NCBI GenBank assembly: GCA_004022145.1
Contig: RCNU01000008.1
Source: Paecilomyces variotii
Taxonomy: Eukaryota
DNA length: 64,000 bases
Reading direction: 5' to 3' (one strand)
Part shown: positions 50,101-61,951 of the stretch, piece by piece
How positions within the stretch are numbered: the first letter of the stretch is position 1
Layout: each line of letters begins with the position of its first letter
Made by a program: the position numbers and the translations under genes
The notes under the pieces: model-generated
Databases searched by the model: none
Told to the model about the DNA's origin: nothing
Seen by the model: the letters and a program-made list of their open reading frames with translations, nothing else

Positions 50101-53100
50101 ATTAGTTCTTGAAAGATGATAGAAAAGATGAATTCGTAAGTATATGTTGTATTGTTTGGTGCCGGGATGGGCTATTTGATGTAAAGCTCAGCATGATTCT
50201 AAGCTTCGTATATGAAACCCGCAACACGCCTTGTGATTTCAAACCACTCCTACGGAAGCCAGCGCAGCCTTCTCATACTCGCCTATTCCATAAGCCCCTA
50301 CTAAGCTCTAAGACTATGGCATCTGGGGTTCGTTGTAGATCTAATATCACTATCACTCATTCGTCCCCGACGTCATTCATCGACCCTGATAGCGATATGG
50401 CCCGAACTCTGGGGCACAAAAAGAAGCACATAGCCACACCATGCGGGGTTCGCCGAGCGGCGAGGGGCAACGGATATTTCCTGCGACATGGGTGAAGCAG
50501 TAGTAGGTAACCTTGCGGGATGCGATACGATAGAAGCTTCCTGTAACAGGAAAGAGGACGAGAAAAGCCTTGACCGTGGGACAGAGAGGCTTGCTCTAGA
50601 TAAGTCAGCTGGCAGGATAAAACGGCTACGTTATCAACGGCGCGCGGGTAAGCCCATGGCAAAGGGTCCTTAAGTTAACTATGCCCGAGTATTAGTTCAG
50701 GGATGCAATGTTGTTATCACGTTGATGTCCATGATCTGATAACCATCCTTGCCACCGAGGAGATCGTTCCACAGCAGTGAATGCATTACTCTATAGAAAT
50801 ACAGATAAATTAGCCAACTCCAATAATAGAAAACTGATGCCCCTTCTGGATGCCTTCGGCTCTTGAATTTCGACCTCGAGCCTGACTTACTCATGCTTCC
50901 CCCTGTTCCCTTGCCGGCCCGTCCGCAGAGACAGTCCATGACTCCAGAGTCCACGGCACAGTTAGGGCAGTTAGTGAAATTAAATCCACCGTGTTGCCAA
51001 TCTTCCAGAACGAATGGAAGTCAAGACAGTTCCCCGAGAGCCGGTCGCTGCCCGCCGTCCTGGGAGTTGGGTCGCCTACGTAGAAACTAAGCCAGGAGGC
51101 CGGGAAATCGGTCGCGTGCTATTCCCGCGACTTCGGTTTAGTTACTTAGTGGCCGTATAGTCTTTCCTGTCGTTTGTTAGTACTGCCATCGATAAAAATT
51201 ACCATAGGGACTGAAACATATTTACTTCTCTTGAAGCGCGAGGCTTGATCGCTCGAAGCTAACTTCCAGTTCTAGAAGCATGTTGATGGGTCTGGGCTGA
51301 CAGCTAGAAGTTGCTTAAAATATTCGGTACCGAGAAAGCCTCTCGGCATCGTGCCGGAAGACCATAAGCTATTATTTGAGGCGCTATGTCTCTTTCTTGG
51401 GATTGCAATTTCGATGCGACGGTGTTGATGGTGAAACTAGATAGAGACAAGGCTGTCCATGGAAGATTCCGGATAAAACCCGGACTTTCTTGCTATTGGA
51501 AGGACGAGATGCTTGCCCAGATGTATGCTTCATACTGATGGGCGGGTTTCTAGAAGGCCGAATACTAGATACCAAAGGCATGGTGGACCACTTGGGCTTT
51601 CCCTCCGGCACGCTCCGTTATGGTGTCTGTAGGTCTTGATATGGCATATGCAATCACGGACAACTAGAAGATTAGCCTTAGCTGTCAACCTCAACGCAGA
51701 CGAAGCGCCATACTCGGCTCAACGGAAAAAGAAGCAGAGTCAAGAAGTCTTCAGTCGAGGTTCGTGAAGACACTGCTAATAGTTAGCAGTGTGAAGGTCT
51801 GCACACAGCTCCTGCTTACATAGCAGCAATTGACGACGGCCCAGGCCGCGTGTTCTCGACTGCTCGCTAGGATTTCCACTGCCCCCAAATCTTCCCGCGG
51901 GCTGCCTAGCGCACCTCCTTGGATGGGATCTGACTGGCCAATTTCTCTGGCTAATGTAACAGATGATGGCGAGCAAATCAGTGGATTTCAATGACTGTAC
52001 GAGATACATTTTCGGTTTAGATTGTTCCTGGTCACTGTTCTGCGATTGATCAGCGAGTGCATTGAAAGCTGTGACTTATTATCCCTATAGAGTATGCTTG
52101 CTTTACCCGCAGCCAAGGCTGGCTAGCCAGAACAGTGATGGGCACATCATCAATAATAATGCTGTCTCCCCTGGCCTTGGACGCGAATGGTAGGAGTACC
52201 CAATCGATGTCAATCAATTGCCCGAACCAAGCCGACAGCGATGCAGTGGTGCTCCAACGGTCAGGAGAAGATCACCGCTAACATCGCCTTGGGACTGACG
52301 GTTGCTAAGCCAGCTGTTAGGCGCGCAGTGGGTCAGTCACCAATTCCACGAACTTTAGTGGCTGAAAGACGCATCGTAAAACGAAATTAGTTATTATGGA
52401 TGCTGAGTATTGAAGCCAGTGACTCAGTTAACTGTGTAGACTTACTTCGATCATTTATAGCCGAACAGGCCCCAATATTGTGATTCAAGGAAAAGCCCCG
52501 GAACAGATCATTATTGTCGGCCGCGCCAACATGAGTAAAGTCGGGACTCAAGCATCTGAGTTAGGAGAGAACAGATGTGAACTGTAGAATGAATAATCAC
52601 CCGCAAGGGAGTGTGCGATTATCATGATCCCGCGCCATATCATTCGTGCTCACTAGTTGGTCCGTCCGTGGAGCGTGGAGAGGCTTCTGGATAGTTATCG
52701 CTCCCGTGCCTGACAGGCTCAACCGGACCAACCCGCATGAGACTATTCCTGTCACGTCAAACATGTTAAGCCCTAATCTTCGGCACTGTGAAGAAGAAGA
52801 TTATCATCTTGGACAGAGACAGATGGACCAGGCCCAGCACCTCGTCAGTAGTAGTAGTTGGGGATATCTTGGCAACAACAGAATGGAGCACTAGCCAGTC
52901 TCGTCACCCCATGTTCTTTGGCTGTCACCGGTGCGACGCTGCAGACGTCGCATGAAGAACCTCCACAAGCTTCAGCACCGAGCTTCCAGAGAAGCTGACG
53001 GGGAACAACCCGAGCCTTCGAGTGTCCCCGCACCGCGCGAGCCTTATTGATTGTCCCATGCCCCTTGCTGTCCGTTCCACACTGCAGGAATCGTTATTGG

Positions 53101-54000
53101 CCCTGGCAGAGCGACCAGCTCTTGCTGGATCCGATCCTGTCTGTCGGTTGGCAGGTTTTTGTCACTGTGTGCTCTTGCAGCAAGCGTGTGGCCCCGGCTG
53201 CACTTCGTTATGACGGGTCGACCTGGTCTAGAGTATTAAGTTACTCCAGAAGAGCAAAAGTAAGGCTGGTACTTGCGTCGACAGGACGGGTCACCTTACA
53301 GTCACGGTACCTTGGATCCATGAGCAACAAGTGGGTGCTGGAGGGGGCCAACGGAGGAGTAGTTAGTTACGGCTGTCGCACAGACCAGAAGAAGAACAAT
53401 AATAAATAAATTAATTAAATATCTTTCAGAATCATCGCTGCGGCGGCGGGACAGGCTCAAAAGCGCAGTTGCTGGCAGCTTGTGTCGGTGGACCCCGGGG
53501 GAGTTGAGCCGGACTGTTAGTCGGGACCTCCTAACAGACGATGAGAAGAAGGATTCGTAAAAAGCGTCCTTAGAGCCTAGCGCTCGTGCCATTTGACCGC
53601 CATTGCGCCCGTCCAGACTGGATTGTACACAGTGGACGGACTCCATAGGTATCTTGCTGGTACATGCACCCGTGCTGGTAGTGTCAGGCACAGGGAGACC
53701 AGGCCTCGTTAGCACCGTGTAGAATGTAGATAGATGGACGGTTAGTTCTAGCAGATAGAATAGTGGTTAATCGAGTAAGAACTCACAAGAGTTTCATCGA
53801 CCAGGGGAAATAATAATAATGATGATAATTAATATGTATCGATGGAGTAGCAGTGACATTGGCAGACCAGGGTTGGCTTCAGGAAAAAAGGTCTCCCTCT
53901 CTCTCTCTCCTCTTTTTCCCCCCCAAAAGGCGTCGCCCTCACCCACGGGACAGCTTGAGATAGCCTTATCCGGCCTCCGCCTCCACTCCCCGTAGACTCA

Positions 54001-54024
54001 GTAAAGTAAAGTAAAGTAAAGTAA
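54001..54024. repeat. (GTAAA)4+ microsatellite upstream of the RasGEF
   Basis: Direct reading. Confidence 0.9.
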
Positions 54025-54470
54025 GTAGACTGCTTTCTCTCCTCTCCTCCTCCCACCAGTTATCTAGTTAAACTAGTTAGCCCACCGCTACTGACCCTCT
54101 GCGTCGTCGGGCGTCCAGCATCTCTTTCTCTCTCTTTCAACATTATTGTTCCCTCTCGTCCTGTTCCCTCCTCCCTCTTCCAGGCCTGTCGTTTCGTCCA
54201 CCATCTTTTCGATTCGTGCAAGGGAGAACGGGCGTTGCGGCACCTCTCATCGACCGGTCGAATTCTGGACGTGATTCGTTTCTCCCACACTAAGTGCGGC
54301 CGGCCACCGTCGCCCCGTGGATGATCCCGCAGAACAACCCCCCCCCCTAACCTCCAGCTTCTCCGGCTTGATTCCTCCCCCAAGACATGAGATACGTGTT
54401 CTGAGTCCGCTGAGCAGACCTCCAGGAGAACGACAAAAGAGCTCCTGGCTCGCGATTCTGGCGACGAGCA

Positions 54471-57400
54471 ATGTACTCCAATCGAGCGGCTGAGCCGCTG
54501 GCGATTAATACGAGATCTGGGCTGGGGAGCAAGACGGGCACCACCGTGACAGCCGCCTTTCAGTACACAGAAGACGATCCCGCCATGCTGTCTACCACCC
54601 CCAGGGCCCGCGGACGAGGTTCCAGCGTCTCTGCGCAGAGGAGAGACGTCGATGTGTCCGAGTCGCCCAAGCGACAGCAATCTCCCATGAAATTCACCGG
54701 TGCGGGCGGTTACGCTCCCGCAGCGGAGCCTGCCCCGGCCCTGTATGTGCGGGCGCTATACGACTACACTGCGGATGACCATACCAGCTTGAGTTTTCGC
54801 CAGGGCGATATCATCCAGGTGCTGAACCAGCTCGAGACGGGCTGGTGGGACGGTGTCATCAACAACGTTCGAGGCTGGTTTCCCAGCAACTACTGCGCCA
54901 TTATTTCGGATCCCAACGAACTCGACGACCAAGGATCCCACTCCCAGCACGGTGGAGATACGAGCGCAGAATCGGGAATCGAGGATGAGTACGAAAGCGA
55001 CCGCGATGATGACGATGTCGACTCCGTGGGGAACCCCCGCGACTCGCAGCCTCTGCTCCCCATTGAAGGCGTGGGAACCGACCGGGAGGAGGCTTCTGCA
55101 TTTTGGATCCCGCAGGCCACACCAGACGGGCGGTTATTCTATTTCAACACCCTGACCGGCTACAGCACGATGGAGCTGCCCTTGGAGAACCCGCTTCTGG
55201 CAAATGAGACGGGCCCTCGAGACCGCAATGACTTCTTTGTGCCCGACCAGACTCGTCCGCCGCCCGAACTGATGGCTCGAGGCTTCGAGCGCGAGGAAGA
55301 TGATTACGATGGCTCTGCGTCTGAAGCGGAAGGGGAGTCATTGATGCTGGCATCGCATGATTCAATGTCGCGCAGACGTCAGTCTTTTGTCTCTGACGGT
55401 ATCTCCCCGGCTACTTCCATGGACTCTTTGAATCCCTCTCCCGTGAAGAAACCGTCCGGCGATCTGAAGGGGTCACAAGCTCCCTTCAACATCACTTCAA
55501 AGTCGTACAATGCCCTGAACGCCGCTTCTGTTTCCCTCTACGACCAGGGTCCAAGACCGTCGGTATCTTCTGGTATTCCAAAACACTTTCTTGATGACGG
55601 CGTCGCCTACCCGATCACCTGGCCTGCCTTGGTCGACAACATGCGCCAGGCTATTGAGGCATATAAGCAAACCCTCATCAACGGTGAACGGGCTGAATAT
55701 GTGCGACGCGCAGAAGATATATCTGACCATCTGCGGATGCTGTTAGCAGCCGGGTCAGACACAACGGACAATCACTCCGGGAACCCGTCCATCATCTCCA
55801 CTAACAGAGCTCTATATCCGCATTTCAGGGATATGATGTCCAAGTTTTCGAAGTTGGTCTTGTCGTCCCACATTGCTTCCGCCGACTGGCCGGGACCGGA
55901 TTCGGTTCCCAAGTGTCTTCAGGAAGCGGATGGCGTCATGAATGGAGTCTACGGTTACGTAGATGTTGCCAGACAGCAACGCGGCGAGGAGATCAAGCGG
56001 ATAGTCCCTGGCTTCGTCTTTGGTAGTGCCGCTGGTGGACACTGGGAGAACAACGGAGTGAGATTAAATGATTCCGGCCCGACATCTTTCCTTGATCAGG
56101 ACCCTCTTGAATCTCGTCCGGAGCCATCTGTTCCTCTCGACACATATCTCCTGGAGAAGGTGGATACCCTGAGAAAATCCTTCGTGGGGAGCATCAGACG
56201 CTTGGAAGAACAGTGCGCCCTAAATGAGAAAGTGGTCACCGCTGCTGGACATCAAGTTCTGAGCGAGGCTGTTTGCACTGCTGCAATCAAGGTAGTCGAA
56301 CACTTTCGGCCTTGGATTTCTGCCATCGAATCGGTTAATCTTGCGCCCCTGGGAACGAGCTTCCAGAACCCGCAGCTGGTGGACTTCAGCGTGCAGAAGC
56401 AGAGAGTTTACGATGGTATTGCGGACCTTATCTTGAGCTGTCAGGGCGTTTCCGCTCCTCTTGGCGATGAATGGGCGGAGTTGCGTGGTGACTCGCTTGA
56501 GGACCGATTGACCGGCGTGCGCGTCGTCGCCAAACAGATAGAGAATTATGTCTCTCAACTGGGCTTTTCACTTTCGCTGCTTCAAGAGCAGATCCCTGAG
56601 ATGACCTCTCCTCAAAACCAGACTCGCTTCGGAAGCACTAGTGAGCCGTTTAAGCTCCACGTCCGGGCAGATTCTCAAAGCTTGAGAAATAATGATCCTC
56701 TTCCATTTGGCCTTGACGGGGAGCCCGAAAAGGTTCGACGCAATATGGACAAGGCGCAGCGTTTCTTCGGCCAAGCCCCACCAACTGCCATCACTAGAGA
56801 ACCTATCCGGGAGCCTGTGAGAGAGCCAGAAGAAACGCCTTGGTTCCTGAAGATTGACCACGAAGGTGAAGTATTCTACGATACCAAGGGAGATCCGCCA
56901 ACCCTCAAGTGCGGTACACTCGCAGGATTGGTGGAGCACTTGACGCGCCATGACAAACTCGATGCTTCTTTCAACAATACTTTCCTCCTCACATATAGAT
57001 CTTTCACCAGCGCACCCGAACTCTTCGAGATGCTCGTCCAGAGATTCACCATTCAGCCACCGTATGGCCTCAGTCAGGACGACATGCAGATGTGGGTTGA
57101 TAGGAAGCAGAAGCCCATTCGTTTTAGAGTAGTCAATATCCTGAAGAGTTGGTTCGAGCACTTCTGGATGGAGCCAAATGACGAAGAGAACATGAATCTC
57201 CTCCGACGAGTCCACGCCTTCACGAAGGACTCCATTGCTACCACGAAGACTCCCGGCTCTCCGCAGTTGCTGGCTATTATCGAGCAGCGACTAAAGGGTC
57301 AGGACACCACCACTGCTAAACGGCTGGTCCTCACGCAGGCCACTCCCGCTCCGACACCGATCATTCCCAAGAACATGAAGAAGCTGAAGTTCCTAGACAT

Positions 57401-58727
57401 CGATGCTACCGAGTTCGCTAGACAACTGACCATCATCGAGTCGCGACTGTACGCCAAGATTCGGGCTACTGAGTGCTTGAACAAGACTTGGCAGAAGAAG
57501 GTCGGCCCTGATGAGAAGGAGCCTTCCCCCAATGTCAAAGCTCTCATTCTACATTCCAACCAGTTGACCAACTGGGTCGCGGAGATGATTCTCACTCAGT
57601 CCGATGTCAAGAAAAGAGTTGTCGTTATAAAACACTTTGTGAACGTGGCAGATGTACTGGGACTCCCTTTATCTCTCTATATGAACATTTGCTGACTCAG
57701 ATCTACAGAAATGCCGTGCTCTCAACAACTATTCTACTCTGACATCCATCATTTCTGCTCTTGGAACAGCGCCCATCCACCGTCTCGGTCGGACTTGGGC
57801 CCAAGTCAGCGGGCGAACATCGACAATCCTGGAACAGATGCGCCGATTGATGGCCAGTACGAAGAACTTTGGCGAATACCGCGAGACGTTGCATCTCGCG
57901 AATCCTCCTTGTATTCCTTTTTTCGGTATGATCTTTCGATACTCTGCAAATCATATGTACCCCAGCGCCACTAACACTCTATCTCTAGGTGTCTATCTAA
58001 CCGATCTGACTTTCATCGAGGATGGTATTCCATCTTTGACACCGTCCGAACTTATCAACTTCAACAAGCGTACCAAGACTGCTGAAGTGATCCGGGACAT
58101 TCAACAATATCAGAACGTGCCGTATCTCCTCCAGCCGGTGCCCGAGCTGCAGGACTACATCCTTAGCAACATGCAGGCCGCTGGAGACGTCCACGAGATG
58201 TATGACCGGAGTCTGGAGGTAGAGCCTCGAGAACGAGAGGACGAAAAGATCGCTAGGTATGCTGCTGCCAGTAGAGAAGTGCGACCACTGCAAACCAGTT
58301 CCCTGGCTGTCGCAAGTGTGGTCGCATCATTACGATGAGTCCTCTTGCATGCCTCTCTTCCCTACACATGATTTTACACCATACATTGCGCACTATACCC
58401 CCTTCTTTGCTTTTCTTTTCATGAACTATGATTTCACACAGCACGACTAGATACCATATGGCGTTGCAATTTCTTTGGGTTTGCAGAGCGGCCGCCATAA
58501 TAAGGCAGATCATTTCCAAACAGGAAAACCCCAGGCTGTTGGTTGCACGCGACGGGGCGATCTGGCCATCGTTATTCGCATAGCTTACCTGTTTCCACCA
58601 GTCTATCTTCTTATATCCATGATACTCGCGTTCCCCGCCGATTGTCACTTTTCTCTTCATGAGGGCACGAACGAATCACTAACATTTGGTCGTACGTAGA
58701 CTCCTTTCTGAGTCGGGCTTCCTGTAA
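54471..58727 (+). CDS. CDC25: Cdc25-type Ras guanine nucleotide exchange factor (SH3, WW-like, REM, RasGEF); introns 57654-57708, 57926-57988, 58257-58699
   Basis: SH3 YVRALYDY...GWWDG...GWFPSNY; WW-like WIPQATPDGRLFYFN; REM GTLAGLVEHLT...FLLTYRSF; GEF EFARQLT, PCIPFFGVYLTDL, INFNKR; terminal exon RLLSESGFL*. Confidence 0.95.
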
Positions 58728-60298
58728 ACAGCGGCGGTTTTCGATTGGGCGAGGCTACAGAAGGGGCGGCTCTCCGCTAGCACGCAATCCCTGGCGACGT
58801 CGTATCCGAGCCGTGGGGGTTCTTATCTCAGCCATCACGCGATACTTCTCGGTTCACTTATCGCACCGTCCGGCTTGGCCTGTGAGAATAGCAAAATTCT
58901 CACCAGCGGTAAGCCGAGTTCGGTAAAGCAGTTCAGATTACTGTCCGAGCTTATACACAGATTGGCCGCCTGTGCGCCCTATGATCGTTCCTCGAGTTGT
59001 CAACAGAGACGCGCGAGATGACCCCCGCCAGGATGGAATTGTCCAATCCTGATTTATCTGACAATATGATGATGATGACTACGTTTTCGCACAAAGATAC
59101 CCTATCCCGCGACGTTTCAATAGGCTGGCGGATGCTCTTCGCCCCTGACCTTGAGACGTGCGAGAGCGTTGGAGATGATCTCGCGCAATTTTTGACGAAG
59201 GGAGCCATTCGTGTGTGCGCCATTTGGCCGCAGCTCAAACGGCTGTTACACAGATTGACTTCACGTTCGAGGCCAGACGTCATCTGTTCTGACTTTGCAA
59301 TCAACAGCTAGGCTCATCCGAGGATGGATCTCTGATCATCTCCTGCAACATCACAGCAGTCTGTCTGTAGCCGATCTCATGTTACTACGGACAGTTACGT
59401 GAACCTTTCTCTATTTTAGCCTCAAGCAGCCTCCAGTGATGTGCTGAGGGATGTCCGGGTCCAAAGTCAGCCTAGCTGATCTCATCCAAAGCCATCGACT
59501 TTGCACGTATTTCGCTCCTTTTCACCCTTTTGTGGGAGTTTCTGTATCAGAACAGAAATATCCACACTTCACTGTCCACCTTGGGACTTCTACTTCCTTT
59601 CATCTGAACGAATTTTCCTATCTTTTTCGATATATAACCTTCCGGCCTTGGTGTCCGAACTAGTACGCAGATATACCAGGTGATCCGCTCAAGCTGTTAC
59701 CGGTTCTTTCACTGCCTATGCACTTTTTCTTGTCTTATTCCTTTTGCAGCCATCGAGATATTATATTTGCTCTTGCTCGGTTTGCGCTTCAACTTTTGAC
59801 ATGACACGACACGCTACGACATGATAATTGTTATATTCTCATTCCTTTCTCATCACTTCCTTTTGTTTTTATTATTTATTTCTTGTTTCTCCCCTCCCTC
59901 CCTTCTTGTTGGTCATGGTTGCTTCTTGGGATAAAAGGGACGGGAGAAACTTGTGAAGTACCTAGTTTTTTGTTTTCATTAATGATGGGAAGACAAGGGT
60001 ATAAAAAGACAGCTATTTTTGTTTGAATCAATAGAGATGGATACCATTTACATTTATGAATTTGAATCTAATAGCTCCACTGTATTTTCGACAGAGAGAA
60101 AGTCTATTCGAACGTTTCAGCTAGTATCATTTCGTCATATTCTACTTTCTCTTGAGAAAAGTAGTTAAAAAAAATGTATGAACCATTCAAGCCATTGGCG
60201 CCAGAGAACCCCTAGATGTGATTTTGGCCATTGAAAGACGGTGTAAAAACCGGTGTCTATGTACCTCTCGCAAGCAAAAAATCAAAGTTTTATCTCGT

Positions 60299-61393
60299 TT
60301 ATATTAGGGACTGCTCGCGCTCTGCTGTGCTGGCTTCGCCAACACCATGGAAGAGCTGTTTCTTGATGTCTGCAGCAACGAGTCCATTCACTTCCTCGGC
60401 AACGATCCGTTGGCCGTCACGGATGACCTTCTCCAGTTGTTGATCCTTGGATGGAGTGAAGCCGCCTGATGACGCGCTGTTGGAAACATTGCGTGCGGCA
60501 CGACTTACTTTCTGGCTCAGGTCCATCATCTGCTTGCTACCGTAGTCGCGACTTGTGAAAAGAGGGCTCTGACTGAGTGTCGCAACCCAGTATTTATTCC
60601 AAAGTAGGGAGAGCAGTTGGGTGTCGAGAGTGCTTTTGAAATGCGAGACGTCGAGAGAATAATAATGCGAGGCGTGAGCACCAAAATCTTCAACCTTGTT
60701 CAGGGGTATGCTTTGATATTCATCATCTTCCTGCTGGTCTTTGGGAGGCGTGTAGTCTGTGGGGAATGTGCGGAAGGCGCCAATCTCGACCTTCCCTGCG
60801 GAGATGGTACGCTCGGGGTCGATAACGACCGCCACGAAAGGATCACTCATCTGCTGCATATCCTGCGTCGTGACGTCGATTCCTGAGAGCCAGCATCCAT
60901 ACCCGGGATGGCTGTGATACCACCCCACCGCGTTCTCCATCCGTCCTGCATCCCGGCAAGCTTGAAGATATCCGACCATGTACTCGTTTGCCTCGTCCTG
61001 CGCGTTCACTCGAGTCTCTGTTCCCTCAACTGGGAGACGGAAGGCGTCCGTGACGATAAAAGTCTCCGCTGCGATATAACCCTGCATCAGACCCATGACT
61101 TCTAGTGATCCTCCCGATCGAGCGTGCATGACCATTTTCAATAGAGCAACGGCGGAGATTCGTATCGACTTGAAGTAGTGGGGGTCTCTGGCCCAGGGCC
61201 GTGCCGCAACGAGAGCCTTGTGTGCATCCTCGTCGTATTTGTAGAGCGCATCACGTTGGGGGTCGATGAGGTTGATCGTATTCTCGAACTCTGTGGGTTC
61301 GCACTATCGGTCAGAGGGGATGATCTTGATCAGGCAATTGGAATCATACGGGGTTGGTTAATACTGACCCCAAGACTGCTGAGCAGCCTGCAT
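60299..61393 (-). CDS. csnE: COP9 signalosome subunit 5 (JAMM deneddylase); 2 exons (intron 61291-61368)
   Basis: [42 protein letters not shown] motif [24 protein letters not shown]. Confidence 0.97.
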
Positions 61394-61951
61394 GATGATA
61401 AAGGGTTAGAGCGCCAGGCTCTGTGTTCTGATGAGTTAAAATTTCTTGAAAAATCTTCTGATAACGAAAGAGGACTCCGTTGAAGAGATGAAGCTATGAA
61501 GCGAAGAAAGACACTAGATATCAGCGAGCTCTAGAGCGGGAGCTGTCGTCAGAACTGCGGAGAGCCTCGCGGGGAGAGTCCGGCAGAACAGCAGGCGGTG
61601 AGCAGCTGAGTCAGCGGTCACCTGGGCGACGGACCGGCGTCAACAAGAAGCGTCCGCTCTAGGTCTTCCGCTTGGTCTGTGTACATCTCCATCGGGGCCT
61701 CAGCCTTACTTCTCTCCCCTTCGTCCTCCATTTTCCCCTCTGCAGGTTGATTATCTTTGCCGGATGGGATTTCTGTGAGCTGAAGGGCGGCCATTTCTTT
61801 CCTGTCTATTGTCTCATTCGTTTTGCCTTCAATTCTGTGATACCCTCCCCGTCGCAGTCTCGAACTGCTGGACGCCCTTGTCGCGAGGACATTCCTATCC
61901 CTCGCTTGGTCCGAAGAGCCTTTGTTTCCCGAGTTGATACCCGCAGGCGCA

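Noticed and set aside
50734..50742. ATCTGATAA SreA-type GATA site
   Set aside because: Single occurrence with no iron-related gene nearby.
52600..53720. Short ORFs upstream of the RasGEF
   Set aside because: No recognisable protein features; compatible with random ORFs in GC-normal DNA.
39717..54470. Telomerase RNA in the large intergenic region, suggested by nearby POT1
   Set aside because: I found no full TAACCCTAA-type template, only partial matches (~41624 minus strand, ~43835), and no supporting structure. An Infernal search would be needed.
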